Source: Escherichia coli
GTDB lineage: Bacteria > Pseudomonadota > Gammaproteobacteria > Enterobacterales > Enterobacteriaceae
Strand: one strand, 5' to 3'
DNA: 64,000 nt
NCBI RefSeq assembly: GCF_046105845.1
Contig: NZ_CP151004.1
The stretch's first letter is position 1. Each line of letters starts with the position of its first letter. A model generated the notes under the pieces. It was not told the origin of the DNA. It searched no databases and was given only the letters and a program-made list of their open reading frames with translations. The translations under genes were made by a program, and so were the position numbers. Positions 12,884 through 28,811 of this stretch are shown one piece after another.

Positions 12884-14328
12884 CGCTGGATACGCTTAAT
12901 GTGATGCTGGCCGTCAGCGAAGAGGGATTGATCGAAGAGATGATCATCGCGCTGCTGGCCTCACCGCAGCTGGCAGTCTTCTTTGAAAAATTCCCACGAC
13001 TGAAGGCGGCAATCACTGATGATGTTCCCCGCTGGCGTGAGGCGCTGCGCAGTCGGCTGAAAGATGCCCGAGTCCCGCCGGAACTCACCGAAGAGGTGAT
13101 GTGCTATCAGCAAAGCCAGCTCCTCTCCACGCCGCAGTTTATTGTGCAGCTACCACAGATCCTGGACTTACTGCATCGTCTGAATTCCCCATGGGCAGAA
13201 CAAGCCCGACAGTTGGTTGATGCTAACAGCACGATCACTTCAGCGTTACACACGCTTTTTCTCCAGCGTTGGCGTTTAAGTCTGATCGTGCAAGCAACGA
13301 CGTTAAATCAACAGCTATTAGAAGAAGAACGCGAACAACTGTTGAGTGAAGTTCAGGAACGCATGACGCTGAGCGGGCAACTTGAACCCATTCTCGCAGA
13401 TAACAATACCGCAGCTGGTCGTCTGTGGGATATGAGCGCCGGTCAGCTTAAACGTGGCGACTATCAGTTGATTGTGAAATACGGTGAATTTCTTAACGAA
13501 CAGCCGGAACTGAAACGCCTGGCAGAACAGCTGGGGCGTTCCCGGGAAGCCAAATCAATACCGCGCAACGATGCGCAGATGGAAACCTTCCGCACCATGG
13601 TGCGCGAACCGGCGACAGTTCCTGAGCAGGTTGATGGTCTGCAACAAAGCGATGATATTTTACGTCTCCTGCCGCCAGAACTGGCGACACTGGGGATAAC
13701 GGAACTGGAGTATGAGTTTTACCGTCGGCTGGTGGAAAAACAGTTGCTCACCTATCGCCTGCACGGTGAGTCGTGGCGTGAAAAAGTGATCGAACGCCCG
13801 GTGGTGCATAAAGATTACGACGAACAGCCGCGCGGACCGTTTATTGTCTGCGTGGATACTTCCGGCTCAATGGGCGGCTTTAATGAACAATGTGCGAAAG
13901 CGTTCTGCCTGGCCTTGATGCGCATTGCTCTCGCTGAAAACCGGCGCTGCTATATTATGTTATTTTCCACCGAGATCGTCCGTTATGAGCTTTCAGGCCC
14001 ACAAGGTATTGAGCAAGCGATCCGCTTTTTAAGTCAGCAGTTTCGTGGCGGCACCGATCTTGCCAGTTGTTTTCGCGCCATTATGGAACGCTTGCAAAGT
14101 CGGGAGTGGTTTGACGCCGATGCGGTGGTGATTTCTGATTTTATCGCCCAGCGGTTGCCTGACGACGTGACGAGCAAAGTGAAAGAGTTGCAGCGGGTAC
14201 ATCAGCATCGCTTTCATGCCGTGGCGATGTCGACACATGGCAAACCCGGCATCATGCGCATTTTCGATCATATCTGGCGCTTTGATACCGGGATGCGAAG
14301 CCGCCTGCTCAGACGCTGGCGGCGATAA
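12877..14328 (+). CDS. viaA: VWA-domain protein partner of RavA
   Basis: 483-aa ORF with C-terminal VWA/MIDAS motif (DTSGSM); coupled to ravA. Confidence 0.9.
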   Translation: MLTLDTLNVMLAVSEEGLIEEMIIALLASPQLAVFFEKFPRLKAAITDDVPRWREALRSRLKDARVPPELTEEVMCYQQSQLLSTPQFIVQLPQILDLLHRLNSPWAEQARQLVDANSTITSALHTLFLQRWRLSLIVQATTLNQQLLEEEREQLLSEVQERMTLSGQLEPILADNNTAAGRLWDMSAGQLKRGDYQLIVKYGEFLNEQPELKRLAEQLGRSREAKSIPRNDAQMETFRTMVREPATVPEQVDGLQQSDDILRLLPPELATLGITELEYEFYRRLVEKQLLTYRLHGESWREKVIERPVVHKDYDEQPRGPFIVCVDTSGSMGGFNEQCAKAFCLALMRIALAENRRCYIMLFSTEIVRYELSGPQGIEQAIRFLSQQFRGGTDLASCFRAIMERLQSREWFDADAVVISDFIAQRLPDDVTSKVKELQRVHQHRFHAVAMSTHGKPGIMRIFDHIWRFDTGMRSRLLRRWRR

Positions 14329-14332
14329 ATTA

Positions 14333-15325
14333 TTACAGCAGAGAAGGGACGCTCTCGCGAACAGCTGCCGGCCATACACCACACTGAACCTGGCCGATAT
14401 GTGGCAGTTGCAGCAGCAGCATGGTCAAACGAGACTGCCCGATACCGCCGCCGATGGTCTGCGGCATTTCACCGCGCAGCAGCGCCTGATGCCACTCCAG
14501 CTCCAGGCGATCTTCGTCACCGGTCAGCGCCAGCTGATGCTTCAGCGTGTCGGCATCCACGCGGATCCCCATGGAAGAAAGCTCAAACGCATCTTCCAGT
14601 ACCGGGTTCCACACCAGAATATCTCCGTTCAGACCCGCATGGCCCAGCTCTGACGGGGTGCTCCAGTCATCATAATCCGGTGCGCGCACGTCGTGGCGAT
14701 GACCATCGCTCAGCTTGCCGCCAATCCCGACAAGGAATACCGCACCAAGATCTTTCGCTATCGCCCGCTCACGCCCTTTGGCATCAAGATCCGGATAACG
14801 AGACAGTAACTCCTGGCTGTGTACGAAGTGGATCTGATCCGGCAGGAACGATGCCAGGCCAAACTCTTCGCTAACTGCAGCTTCGGTTGCTTTAATTCCC
14901 GCCCAGATCGCCTCTACCGTGCTTTTCAGAGTCGAGAATTGACGCTCGCCGTCGCCCATTACGCGTTCCCAGTCCCACTGATCAACATAGACCGAGTGCA
15001 ACGGGGAAAGACGGTCTTCATCGGGGCGAAGGGCTTTCATGTGGGTGTACAGCCCTTCGCCCGCGCTGAAGTCGTGTTGCCCTAAGGTCTGACGTTTCCA
15101 CTTCGCCAGTGAATGAACCACTTCGAACTGGGCATCAGGCAGAGCTTTCACTTTTACCTGCACCGCTTTTTCACAGCCCGACAAGTTATCCTGCGTGCCA
15201 TCCCCCACACGGCTAAGAATCGGCGCCTGGACTTCGATCAGCCCCAGACGTTCTTCCAGTTGACGAGAAAAGTGAGATTTCACGAAGCTAATTTGACGTT
15301 GTTTGGCAATGTAAGCGGTTTTCAT
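14333..15325 (-). CDS. asnA: aspartate-ammonia ligase (asparagine synthetase A)
   Basis: 330-aa ORF, class II aaRS-like fold; divergent from asnC. Confidence 0.9.
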   Translation of the reverse strand: MKTAYIAKQRQISFVKSHFSRQLEERLGLIEVQAPILSRVGDGTQDNLSGCEKAVQVKVKALPDAQFEVVHSLAKWKRQTLGQHDFSAGEGLYTHMKALRPDEDRLSPLHSVYVDQWDWERVMGDGERQFSTLKSTVEAIWAGIKATEAAVSEEFGLASFLPDQIHFVHSQELLSRYPDLDAKGRERAIAKDLGAVFLVGIGGKLSDGHRHDVRAPDYDDWSTPSELGHAGLNGDILVWNPVLEDAFELSSMGIRVDADTLKHQLALTGDEDRLELEWHQALLRGEMPQTIGGGIGQSRLTMLLLQLPHIGQVQCGVWPAAVRESVPSLL

Positions 15326-15476
15326 TTTTTATACTCCTGCGTCCTGTTGCTTATGATTAAGCAACAAAAACCGACACACATGCAATAATCATTCAATAAA
15401 AAGCCTAACTCACTTTTGATTCATTAAAAAAGAAGGCTAAAATAGAATGAATCATCAATCCGCATAAGAAAATCCT

Positions 15477-15935
15477 ATGGAAAATTATCTAATCGACAAT
15501 CTGGACCGTGGCATCCTGGAAGCATTAATGGGCAATGCGCGCACCGCTTACGCCGAACTGGCGAAACAATTTGGCGTCAGTCCGGGGACGATTCACGTTC
15601 GAGTAGAGAAAATGAAGCAGGCGGGGATCATTACCGGGGCGCGTATTGATGTCAGCCCGAAGCAGCTCGGTTATGACGTAGGCTGCTTTATCGGCATTAT
15701 ATTAAAGAGCGCCAAAGACTATCCTTCCGCGCTGGCGAAACTGGAAAGCCTTGATGAAGTCACTGAAGCCTATTACACCACCGGCCACTACAGCATCTTT
15801 ATAAAAGTGATGTGCCGTTCGATCGACGCTCTCCAGCATGTACTTATCAACAAGATCCAAACAATTGATGAAATTCAGTCCACCGAGACATTGATCGTCC
15901 TGCAAAACCCGATCATGCGTACCATCAAGCCCTGA
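15477..15935 (+). CDS. asnC: Lrp/AsnC-family transcriptional regulator
   Basis: 152-aa ORF with N-terminal HTH and RAM domain. Confidence 0.9.
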   Translation: MENYLIDNLDRGILEALMGNARTAYAELAKQFGVSPGTIHVRVEKMKQAGIITGARIDVSPKQLGYDVGCFIGIILKSAKDYPSALAKLESLDEVTEAYYTTGHYSIFIKVMCRSIDALQHVLINKIQTIDEIQSTETLIVLQNPIMRTIKP

Positions 15936-16024
15936 TCGGCTTTTTTAATCCCATACTTTTCCACAGGTAGATCCCAACGCGTTCACAGCGTACAATACGC
16001 CACTCTTAATAAAGGTGGCGGTTT

Positions 16025-16468
16025 ATGGCAGATATCACTCTTATCAGCGGCAGCACCCTCGGCGGTGCCGAATATGTAGCAGAACACCTGGCTGAAAAGC
16101 TGGAAGAGGCGGGTTTTACCACCGAAACGCTGCACGGTCCGCTGTTGGAAGATTTATCTGCCTCGGGGATCTGGCTGGTTATCAGCTCCACCCACGGTGC
16201 CGGAGACATTCCGGACAACCTTTCTCCTTTCTATGAAGCATTGCAGGAACAGAAGCCCGATCTTTCTGCGGTCCGCTTTGGCGCTATCGGTATTGGCAGT
16301 CGTGAATATGACACCTTTTGTGGGGCTATCGATAAACTCGAGGCAGAACTCAAAAATTCCGGTGCAAAACAGACGGGCGAAACTCTGAAGATCAACATTC
16401 TTGATCACGACATTCCGGAAGATCCGGCAGAAGAATGGCTGGGATCGTGGATTAATTTACTCAAATAA
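16025..16468 (+). CDS. mioC: flavodoxin-like FMN-binding protein
   Basis: 147-aa flavodoxin fold (ITLISGSTLGGAEYVAEHL); immediately flanks oriC. Confidence 0.9.
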   Translation: MADITLISGSTLGGAEYVAEHLAEKLEEAGFTTETLHGPLLEDLSASGIWLVISSTHGAGDIPDNLSPFYEALQEQKPDLSAVRFGAIGIGSREYDTFCGAIDKLEAELKNSGAKQTGETLKINILDHDIPEDPAEEWLGSWINLLK

Positions 16469-16477
16469 GTATACAGA

Positions 16478-16758
16478 TCGTGCGATCTACTGTGGATAAC
16501 TCTGTCAGGAAGCTTGGATCAACCGGTAGTTATCCAAAGAACAACGGTTGTTCAGTTTTTGAGTTGTGTATAACCCCTCATTCTGATCCCAGCTTATACG
16601 GTCCAGGATCACCGATCATTCACAGTTAATGATCCTTTCCAGGTTATTGATCTTAAAAGCCGGATCCTTGTTATCCACAGGGTAGTGCGATCCTAATAAG
16701 AGATCACAATAGAACAGATCTCTAAATAAATAGATCTTCTTTTTAATACCCAGGATCC
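16478..16758. other. chromosomal replication origin oriC
   Basis: DnaA boxes: TGTGGATAA at 16491-16499 (R4), TGTGTATAA at 16566-16574 (R2), TTATCCACA at 16671-16679 (R1). Three AT-rich 13-mers GATCTnTTnTTTT present as reverse complement at 16693-16705, 16708-16720 and 16724-16736. Dense GATC sites; GGATCC boundary at 16753-16758. Confidence 0.92.
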
Positions 16759-16846
16759 CAGGTCTTTCTCAAGCCGACAAAGTTGAGTAGAATCCACGGC
16801 CCGGGCTTCAATCCATTTTCATACCGCGTTATGCGAGGCAATCACC

Positions 16847-18736
16847 ATGTTTTATCCGGATCCTTTTGACGTCATCATCATTGGCGGGGGTCATGCAGGC
16901 ACCGAGGCCGCGATGGCCGCGGCGCGTATGGGTCAACAGACTCTGCTTTTGACACACAATATCGACACTCTGGGGCAGATGAGCTGCAACCCGGCGATCG
17001 GCGGTATTGGGAAGGGACATCTGGTAAAAGAAGTGGATGCACTCGGCGGTCTGATGGCGAAAGCGATCGATCAGGCGGGTATCCAGTTTAGGATACTAAA
17101 CGCAAGCAAGGGACCAGCGGTTCGCGCTACCCGTGCTCAGGCGGATCGTGTGCTCTACCGGCAGGCGGTACGTACGGCGCTGGAGAACCAACCGAACCTG
17201 ATGATCTTCCAGCAGGCGGTTGAAGATCTTATTGTCGAAAACGATCGCGTGGTCGGTGCTGTTACCCAAATGGGACTGAAGTTCCGTGCCAAAGCCGTCG
17301 TGCTCACCGTTGGGACGTTCCTCGACGGTAAAATTCATATCGGTCTGGATAACTACAGCGGTGGTCGTGCTGGTGATCCGCCGTCCATTCCGCTCTCTCG
17401 CCGTTTGCGTGAACTGCCGCTGCGCGTTGGTCGTCTGAAAACCGGGACACCGCCGCGTATTGATGCGCGTACTATCGACTTCAGCGTGCTGGCGCAACAG
17501 CATGGCGATAACCCAATGCCGGTATTCTCGTTTATGGGTAATGCGTCCCAGCATCCACAGCAGGTGCCGTGTTATATCACCCATACCAACGAGAAAACCC
17601 ATGATGTGATCCGCAGTAATCTCGATCGTAGCCCAATGTATGCAGGGGTGATCGAAGGTGTCGGCCCACGCTACTGCCCGTCGATCGAAGACAAAGTCAT
17701 GCGCTTCGCCGACAGAAATCAGCATCAGATCTTCCTTGAACCGGAAGGGCTGACCTCAAACGAAATTTATCCGAACGGTATCTCCACCAGCCTGCCGTTC
17801 GATGTGCAGATGCAAATCGTCCGCTCCATGCAGGGGATGGAAAACGCGAAGATCGTGCGTCCGGGTTATGCCATTGAGTATGACTTCTTCGATCCACGCG
17901 ACCTGAAACCGACGCTGGAGAGCAAGTTTATCCAGGGGCTGTTCTTTGCTGGTCAGATTAACGGCACTACCGGTTACGAAGAAGCCGCTGCGCAAGGTTT
18001 GCTGGCCGGTCTTAACGCTGCCCGTCTGTCTGCTGACAAAGAAGGTTGGGCTCCGGCGCGTTCTCAGGCCTATCTCGGCGTACTGGTTGATGACCTGTGC
18101 ACTTTAGGAACTAAAGAACCGTATCGTATGTTTACCTCGCGCGCAGAATATCGTCTGATGCTGCGCGAAGATAATGCAGATCTGCGTTTGACTGAAATCG
18201 GTCGTGAACTGGGCCTGGTGGATGACGAACGTTGGGCGCGCTTTAACGAGAAACTTGAGAATATCGAGCGTGAGCGTCAGCGTCTGAAATCGACCTGGGT
18301 AACCCCGTCGGCGGAAGCTGCAGCCGAAGTGAATGCTCACCTGACTGCGCCGCTTTCCCGTGAAGCCAGTGGTGAAGATCTGCTGCGTCGTCCGGAAATG
18401 ACTTATGAAAAATTAACCACGCTGACGCCGTTTGCCCCTGCGTTGACAGACGATCAGGCGGCGGAACAGGTTGAGATTCAGGTTAAATACGAAGGTTATA
18501 TCGCGCGCCAGCAAGATGAGATCGAAAAGCAGCTGCGTAACGAGAACACCCTGCTACCAGCGACGCTGGATTACCGCCAGGTATCCGGTCTTTCTAACGA
18601 AGTGATCGCCAAACTTAACGATCACAAACCGGCCTCTATCGGCCAGGCTTCGCGTATTTCTGGCGTCACGCCTGCGGCCATCTCCATTCTGCTGGTGTGG
18701 CTGAAAAAACAGGGTATGCTGCGTCGTAGCGCATAA
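16847..18736 (+). CDS. mnmG: tRNA uridine 5-carboxymethylaminomethyl modification enzyme
   Basis: 629-aa ORF, FAD-binding [10 protein letters not shown] motif near N-terminus. Confidence 0.95.
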   Translation: MFYPDPFDVIIIGGGHAGTEAAMAAARMGQQTLLLTHNIDTLGQMSCNPAIGGIGKGHLVKEVDALGGLMAKAIDQAGIQFRILNASKGPAVRATRAQADRVLYRQAVRTALENQPNLMIFQQAVEDLIVENDRVVGAVTQMGLKFRAKAVVLTVGTFLDGKIHIGLDNYSGGRAGDPPSIPLSRRLRELPLRVGRLKTGTPPRIDARTIDFSVLAQQHGDNPMPVFSFMGNASQHPQQVPCYITHTNEKTHDVIRSNLDRSPMYAGVIEGVGPRYCPSIEDKVMRFADRNQHQIFLEPEGLTSNEIYPNGISTSLPFDVQMQIVRSMQGMENAKIVRPGYAIEYDFFDPRDLKPTLESKFIQGLFFAGQINGTTGYEEAAAQGLLAGLNAARLSADKEGWAPARSQAYLGVLVDDLCTLGTKEPYRMFTSRAEYRLMLREDNADLRLTEIGRELGLVDDERWARFNEKLENIERERQRLKSTWVTPSAEAAAEVNAHLTAPLSREASGEDLLRRPEMTYEKLTTLTPFAPALTDDQAAEQVEIQVKYEGYIARQQDEIEKQLRNENTLLPATLDYRQVSGLSNEVIAKLNDHKPASIGQASRISGVTPAAISILLVWLKKQGMLRRSA

Positions 18737-18799
18737 CGCATTAAAAATGCCTGGTAAGCACCCGCTTACCGGGCAACGCATCAAGAACAGGTAATCACC

Positions 18800-19423
18800 G
18801 TGCTCAACAAACTCACCTCTCTGCTGAAAGACGCAGGAATTTCGCTTACCGATCACCAGAAAAACCAGCTAATTGCCTACGTGAATATGCTGCATAAATG
18901 GAATAAAGCGTACAACCTGACTTCGGTCCGCGATCCTAATGAGATGCTGGTACGCCATATTCTCGATAGCATTGTGGTGGCACCGTATCTGCAAGGTGAA
19001 CGGTTTATCGATGTCGGCACCGGACCAGGACTGCCTGGCATTCCACTCTCTATCGTACGTCCTGAAGCCCACTTCACGTTGTTGGATAGCCTTGGTAAAC
19101 GCGTGCGTTTCCTTCGTCAGGTGCAACATGAGCTTAAACTGGAGAATATTGAGCCAGTACAGAGCAGGGTAGAAGAGTTTCCTTCTGAGCCGCCATTTGA
19201 TGGCGTAATTAGCCGCGCTTTTGCCTCTCTGAACGATATGGTGAGCTGGTGCCACCATCTTCCTGGTGAGCAAGGTCGTTTCTACGCGCTGAAAGGCCAA
19301 ATGCCGGAAGATGAAATCGCTTTGTTGCCCGAAGAATATCAGGTCGAATCAGTGGTTAAACTTCACGTTCCGGCCCTGGATGGCGAACGTCATCTGGTGG
19401 TGATTAAAGCAAATAAAATTTAA
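18800..19423 (+). CDS. rsmG: 16S rRNA m7G527 methyltransferase
   Basis: 207-aa ORF with SAM-binding [10 protein letters not shown] motif; non-ATG start (GTG). Confidence 0.9.
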   Translation: MLNKLTSLLKDAGISLTDHQKNQLIAYVNMLHKWNKAYNLTSVRDPNEMLVRHILDSIVVAPYLQGERFIDVGTGPGLPGIPLSIVRPEAHFTLLDSLGKRVRFLRQVQHELKLENIEPVQSRVEEFPSEPPFDGVISRAFASLNDMVSWCHHLPGEQGRFYALKGQMPEDEIALLPEEYQVESVVKLHVPALDGERHLVVIKANKI

Positions 19424-19490
19424 TTTTTATCAAAAAAATCATAAAAAATTGACCGGTTAGACTGTTAACAACAACCAGGTTTTCTACTGA

Positions 19491-19547
19491 TATAACTGGT
19501 TACATTTAACGCCACGTTCACTCTTTTGCATCAACAAAGTAACGTGG
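19491..19547 (+). terminator. putative intrinsic terminator after rsmG
   Basis: Inverted repeat GCCACGTT...AACGTGGC followed by T7 run. Confidence 0.45.
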
Positions 19548-19920
19548 CTTTTTTTGGTAAGCAGAAAATAAGTCATAAGTGAAAATATCAGTCTGCTAAA
19601 AATCGGCGCTAAGAATCATCATTGGCTGTTAAAACATTATTAAAAATGTCAATGGGTGGTTTTTGTTGTGTAAATGTCATTTATTAAAACAGTATCTGTT
19701 TTTAGACTGAAATATCATAAACTTGCAAAGGCATCATTTGCCAAGTAAATAAATATGCTGTGCGCGAACATGCTCAATATGTGATCTGAAGCACGCTTTA
19801 TCACCAGTGTTTACGCGTTATTTACAGTTTTTCATGATCGAACAGGGTTTGCAGAAAAGTCGCAATTGTATGCACTGGAAAAATATTTAAACATTTATTC
19901 ACCTTTTGGCTACTTATTGT

Positions 19921-19948
19921 TTGAAATCACGGGGGCGCACCGTATAAT
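19921..19948 (+). promoter_or_regulatory. sigma70-like promoter upstream of atp operon
   Basis: TTGAAA (19921-19926), 16-nt spacer, TATAAT (19943-19948), located ~90 nt upstream of atpI. Confidence 0.55.
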
Positions 19949-20039
19949 TTGACCGCTTTTTGATGCTTGACTCTAAGCCTTAAAGAAAGTTTTATACGAC
20001 ACGCGGCATACCTCGAAGGGAGCAGGAGTGAAAAACGTG

Positions 20040-21244
<1,205 letters not shown>

Positions 21245-21272
21245 TTTACCAACACTACTACGTTTTAACTGA

Positions 21273-21547
<275 letters not shown>

Positions 21548-21591
21548 TAAAGAGCAATATCAGAACGTTAACTAAATAGAGGCATTGTGCT

Positions 21592-22062
21592 GTGAATCTT
21601 AACGCAACAATCCTCGGCCAGGCCATCGCGTTTGTCCTGTTCGTTCTGTTCTGCATGAAGTACGTATGGCCGCCATTAATGGCAGCCATCGAAAAACGTC
21701 AAAAAGAAATTGCTGACGGCCTTGCTTCCGCAGAACGAGCACATAAGGACCTTGACCTTGCAAAGGCCAGCGCGACCGACCAGCTGAAAAAAGCGAAAGC
21801 GGAAGCCCAGGTAATCATCGAGCAAGCGAACAAACGCCGCTCGCAGATTCTGGACGAAGCGAAAGCTGAGGCAGAACAGGAACGTACTAAAATCGTGGCC
21901 CAGGCGCAGGCGGAAATTGAAGCCGAGCGTAAACGTGCCCGTGAAGAGCTGCGTAAGCAAGTTGCTATCCTGGCTGTTGCTGGCGCCGAGAAGATCATCG
22001 AACGTTCCGTGGATGAAGCTGCTAACAGCGACATCGTGGATAAACTTGTCGCTGAACTGTAA
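21592..22062 (+). CDS. atpF: F0F1 ATP synthase subunit b
   Basis: 156-aa, N-terminal TM helix and long charged helix. Confidence 0.95.
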
Positions 22063-22076
22063 GGAGGGAGGGGCTG

Positions 22077-22610
22077 ATGTCTGAATTTATTACGGTAGCT
22101 CGCCCCTACGCCAAAGCAGCTTTTGACTTTGCCGTCGAACACCAAAGTGTAGAACGCTGGCAGGACATGCTGGCGTTTGCCGCCGAGGTAACCAAAAACG
22201 AACAAATGGCAGAGCTTCTCTCTGGCGCGCTTGCGCCAGAAACGCTCGCCGAGTCGTTTATCGCAGTTTGTGGTGAGCAACTGGACGAAAACGGTCAGAA
22301 CCTGATTCGGGTAATGGCTGAAAATGGTCGTCTTAACGCGCTCCCGGATGTTCTGGAGCAGTTTATTCACCTGCGTGCCGTGAGTGAGGCTACCGCTGAG
22401 GTAGACGTCATTTCCGCTGCCGCACTGAGTGAACAACAGCTCGCGAAAATTTCTGCTGCGATGGAAAAACGTCTGTCACGCAAAGTTAAGCTGAATTGCA
22501 AAATCGATAAGTCTGTAATGGCAGGCGTTATCATCCGAGCGGGTGATATGGTCATTGATGGCAGCGTACGCGGTCGTCTTGAGCGCCTTGCAGACGTCTT
22601 GCAGTCTTAA
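22077..22610 (+). CDS. atpH: F0F1 ATP synthase subunit delta
   Basis: 177-aa ORF in operon order. Confidence 0.95.
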
Positions 22611-22622
22611 GGGGACTGGAGC

Positions 22623-24164
22623 ATGCAACTGAATTCCACCGAAATCAGCGAACTGATCAAGCAGCGCATTGCTCAGTTCAATGTTGTGAGTGAAGCTCAC
22701 AACGAAGGTACTATTGTTTCTGTAAGTGACGGTGTTATCCGCATTCACGGCCTGGCCGATTGTATGCAGGGTGAAATGATCTCCCTGCCGGGTAACCGTT
22801 ACGCTATCGCACTGAACCTCGAGCGCGACTCTGTAGGTGCGGTTGTTATGGGGCCGTACGCTGACCTTGCCGAAGGCATGAAAGTTAAGTGTACTGGCCG
22901 TATCCTGGAAGTTCCGGTTGGCCGTGGCCTGCTGGGCCGTGTGGTTAACACTCTGGGTGCACCAATCGATGGTAAAGGTCCGCTGGATCACGACGGCTTC
23001 TCTGCTGTAGAAGCAATCGCTCCGGGCGTTATCGAACGTCAGTCCGTAGATCAGCCGGTACAGACCGGTTATAAAGCCGTTGACTCCATGATCCCAATCG
23101 GTCGTGGTCAGCGTGAATTGATCATCGGTGACCGTCAGACCGGTAAAACCGCACTGGCTATCGATGCCATCATCAACCAGCGCGATTCCGGTATCAAATG
23201 TATCTATGTCGCTATCGGCCAGAAAGCGTCCACCATTTCTAACGTGGTACGTAAACTGGAAGAGCACGGCGCACTGGCTAACACCATCGTTGTGGTAGCA
23301 ACCGCGTCTGAATCCGCTGCACTGCAATACCTGGCACCGTACGCTGGTTGCGCAATGGGCGAATACTTCCGTGACCGCGGTGAAGATGCGCTGATCATTT
23401 ACGATGACCTGTCTAAACAGGCTGTTGCTTACCGTCAGATCTCCCTGCTGCTCCGTCGTCCGCCAGGACGTGAAGCATTCCCGGGCGACGTATTCTACCT
23501 CCACTCTCGTCTGCTGGAGCGTGCTGCGCGTGTTAACGCCGAATACGTTGAAGCCTTCACCAAAGGTGAAGTGAAAGGGAAAACCGGTTCTCTGACTGCG
23601 CTGCCGATTATCGAAACTCAGGCGGGTGACGTTTCTGCGTTCGTTCCAACCAACGTAATCTCCATTACCGATGGTCAGATCTTCCTGGAAACCAACCTGT
23701 TCAACGCCGGTATTCGTCCTGCGGTTAACCCGGGTATTTCCGTATCCCGTGTTGGTGGTGCAGCACAGACCAAGATCATGAAAAAACTGTCCGGTGGTAT
23801 CCGTACCGCTCTGGCACAGTATCGTGAACTGGCAGCGTTCTCTCAGTTTGCATCCGACCTTGACGATGCAACACGTAAGCAGCTTGACCACGGTCAGAAA
23901 GTGACCGAACTGCTGAAACAGAAACAGTATGCGCCGATGTCCGTAGCGCAACAGTCTCTGGTTCTGTTCGCAGCAGAACGTGGTTACCTGGCGGATGTTG
24001 AACTGTCGAAAATCGGCAGCTTCGAAGCCGCTCTGCTGGCTTACGTCGACCGTGATCACGCTCCGTTGATGCAAGAGATCAACCAGACCGGTGGCTACAA
24101 CGACGAAATCGAAGGCAAGCTGAAAGGCATCCTCGATTCCTTCAAAGCAACCCAATCCTGGTAA
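22623..24164 (+). CDS. atpA: F0F1 ATP synthase subunit alpha
   Basis: 513-aa ORF, Walker A GDRQTGKT. Confidence 0.97.
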
Positions 24165-24214
24165 CGTCTGGCGGCTTGCCTTAGGGCAGGCCGCAAGGCA
24201 TTGAGGAGAAGCTC

Positions 24215-26487
<2,273 letters not shown>

Positions 26488-26507
26488 CGCCTTAATCGGA
26501 GGGTGAT

Positions 26508-26927
26508 ATGGCAATGACTTACCACCTGGACGTCGTCAGTGCAGAGCAACAAATGTTCTCTGGTCTGGTCGAGAAAATCCAGGTAACGGGTAGCGAAGGT
26601 GAACTGGGGATCTACCCTGGCCACGCACCGCTGCTCACCGCCATTAAGCCTGGTATGATTCGCATCGTGAAACAGCACGGTCACGAAGAGTTTATCTATC
26701 TGTCTGGCGGCATTCTTGAAGTGCAGCCTGGCAACGTGACCGTTCTGGCCGACACCGCAATTCGCGGCCAGGATCTCGACGAAGCGCGAGCCATGGAAGC
26801 GAAACGTAAGGCTGAAGAGCACATTAGCAGCTCTCACGGCGACGTAGATTACGCTCAGGCGTCTGCGGAACTGGCCAAAGCGATCGCGCAGCTGCGCGTT
26901 ATCGAGTTGACCAAAAAAGCGATGTAA
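26508..26927 (+). CDS. atpC: F0F1 ATP synthase subunit epsilon
   Basis: 139-aa ORF, last atp gene. Confidence 0.95.
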
Positions 26928-26945
26928 CACCGGCTTGAAAAGCAC

Positions 26946-26980
26946 AAAAGCCAGTCTGGTAACAGGCTGGCTTTTTTTTA
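26946..26980 (+). terminator. intrinsic terminator after atpC
   Basis: GC-rich hairpin (AAAGCCAG...CTGGCTT) followed by T8 run. Confidence 0.7.
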
Positions 26981-27279
26981 CGCGTATTGACCCGTCCTGA
27001 AGAGCGTTCACATAGATCCTGCTGATATAAAACCCCCTGTTTTCCCGTTTATTCATTGATCGAAATAAGAGCAAAAACATCCACCTGACGCTTAAATGAA
27101 GGTATTGCCTTAATTTTCTGCAGACAAAAGGCGTGACGATGGTCGAAAATGGCGCTTTCGTCAGCGGGGATAATCCGTTATTGAACAATTTATCCTCTGT
27201 CCATTTCACGATGAAAAAAATGTAGTTTTTTCAAGGTGAAGCGGTTTAAATTCGTTCTCAAATTACAGTCAGGACGCGT

Positions 27280-28650
27280 ATGTTGAATAATGCTATGAGC
27301 GTAGTGATCCTTGCCGCAGGCAAAGGCACGCGCATGTATTCCGATCTTCCGAAAGTGCTGCATACCCTTGCCGGGAAAGCGATGGTTCAGCATGTCATTG
27401 ATGCTGCGAATGAATTAGGCGCAGCGCACGTTCACCTGGTTTACGGTCACGGCGGCGATCTGCTTAAACAGGCGCTGAAAGATGACAACCTGAACTGGGT
27501 GCTTCAGGCAGAACAGCTGGGTACAGGTCATGCGATGCAGCAGGCCGCACTTTTCTTTGCCGATGATGAAGACATTTTAATGCTCTACGGCGACGTGCCG
27601 CTGATCTCTGTCGAAACACTCCAGCGCCTGCGTGATGCTAAACCGCAGGGTGGCATTGGTCTGCTGACGGTAAAACTGGATGATCCGACCGGTTATGGAC
27701 GTATCACCCGTGAAAACGGCAAAGTTACCGGCATTGTTGAGCACAAAGACGCCACCGACGAGCAGCGTCAGATTCAGGAGATCAACACCGGCATTCTGAT
27801 TGCCAACGGCGCAGATATGAAACGCTGGCTGGCGAAGCTGACCAACAATAACGCTCAGGGTGAATACTACATCACCGACATTATTGCGCTGGCGTATCAG
27901 GAAGGGCGTGAAATCGTCGCCGTTCATCCGCAACGTTTAAGCGAAGTAGAAGGCGTGAATAACCGCCTGCAACTCTCCCGACTGGAGCGCGTTTACCAGT
28001 CCGAACAGGCTGAAAAACTGCTGTTAGCAGGCGTTATGCTGCGCGATCCGGCGCGTTTTGATCTGCGCGGTACGCTTACTCACGGGCGCGATGTTGAAAT
28101 TGATACTAACGTTATCATCGAGGGCAACGTGACTCTCGGTCATCGCGTGAAAATCGGCACCGGTTGCGTGATTAAAAACAGCGTGATTGGCGATGATTGC
28201 GAAATTAGCCCGTATACCGTTGTGGAAGATGCGAATCTGGCAGCGGCCTGTACCATTGGCCCGTTTGCCCGTCTGCGTCCTGGTGCTGAGTTGCTGGAAG
28301 GTGCACACGTCGGTAACTTCGTTGAGATGAAAAAAGCGCGTCTGGGTAAAGGCTCGAAAGCTGGTCATCTGACTTACCTGGGCGATGCGGAAATTGGCGA
28401 TAACGTTAACATCGGCGCGGGAACCATTACCTGCAACTACGATGGTGCGAATAAATTTAAGACCATTATCGGTGACGATGTGTTTGTCGGTTCCGACACT
28501 CAGCTGGTGGCCCCGGTTACAGTAGGCAAAGGCGCGACCATTGCTGCGGGTACAACTGTGACGCGTAATGTCGGCGAAAACGCCCTGGCGATCAGCCGTG
28601 TGCCGCAGACTCAAAAAGAAGGCTGGCGTCGTCCGGTAAAGAAAAAGTAA
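27280..28650 (+). CDS. glmU: bifunctional GlcNAc-1-P uridyltransferase / GlcN-1-P acetyltransferase
   Basis: 456-aa ORF, N-terminal nucleotidyltransferase LAAGKGTRM and C-terminal left-handed beta-helix hexapeptide repeats. Confidence 0.95.
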   Translation: MLNNAMSVVILAAGKGTRMYSDLPKVLHTLAGKAMVQHVIDAANELGAAHVHLVYGHGGDLLKQALKDDNLNWVLQAEQLGTGHAMQQAALFFADDEDILMLYGDVPLISVETLQRLRDAKPQGGIGLLTVKLDDPTGYGRITRENGKVTGIVEHKDATDEQRQIQEINTGILIANGADMKRWLAKLTNNNAQGEYYITDIIALAYQEGREIVAVHPQRLSEVEGVNNRLQLSRLERVYQSEQAEKLLLAGVMLRDPARFDLRGTLTHGRDVEIDTNVIIEGNVTLGHRVKIGTGCVIKNSVIGDDCEISPYTVVEDANLAAACTIGPFARLRPGAELLEGAHVGNFVEMKKARLGKGSKAGHLTYLGDAEIGDNVNIGAGTITCNYDGANKFKTIIGDDVFVGSDTQLVAPVTVGKGATIAAGTTVTRNVGENALAISRVPQTQKEGWRRPVKKK

Positions 28651-28811
28651 TTCTGGCCGGGAAATCCGGTCATATGGGATGAGGAGATAACATAATCTCC
28701 CGCCCACAAGCAGTAACTATAAAAATAACCCCACTCTCTACAAGGCTCGGGGTGCCCGAAAAAACGGGCATACAGGTTGACCGACAACGATATAAATCGG
28801 AATCAAAAACT

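Noticed and set aside
14401-14874. 157-aa plus-strand ORF
   Set aside because: Antisense to asnA; Arg/Pro/Ala-rich spurious frame.
17096-17725. 209-aa minus-strand ORF
   Set aside because: Antisense within mnmG; no RBS or motif support.
22476-24155. 559-aa ORF on the minus strand
   Set aside because: Lies entirely antisense to atpA, whose protein is unmistakable; composition (poly-V/T/F low complexity) is typical of a spurious antisense reading frame.
28024-28707. 227-aa minus-strand ORF
   Set aside because: Antisense to the glmU C-terminal hexapeptide-repeat region.
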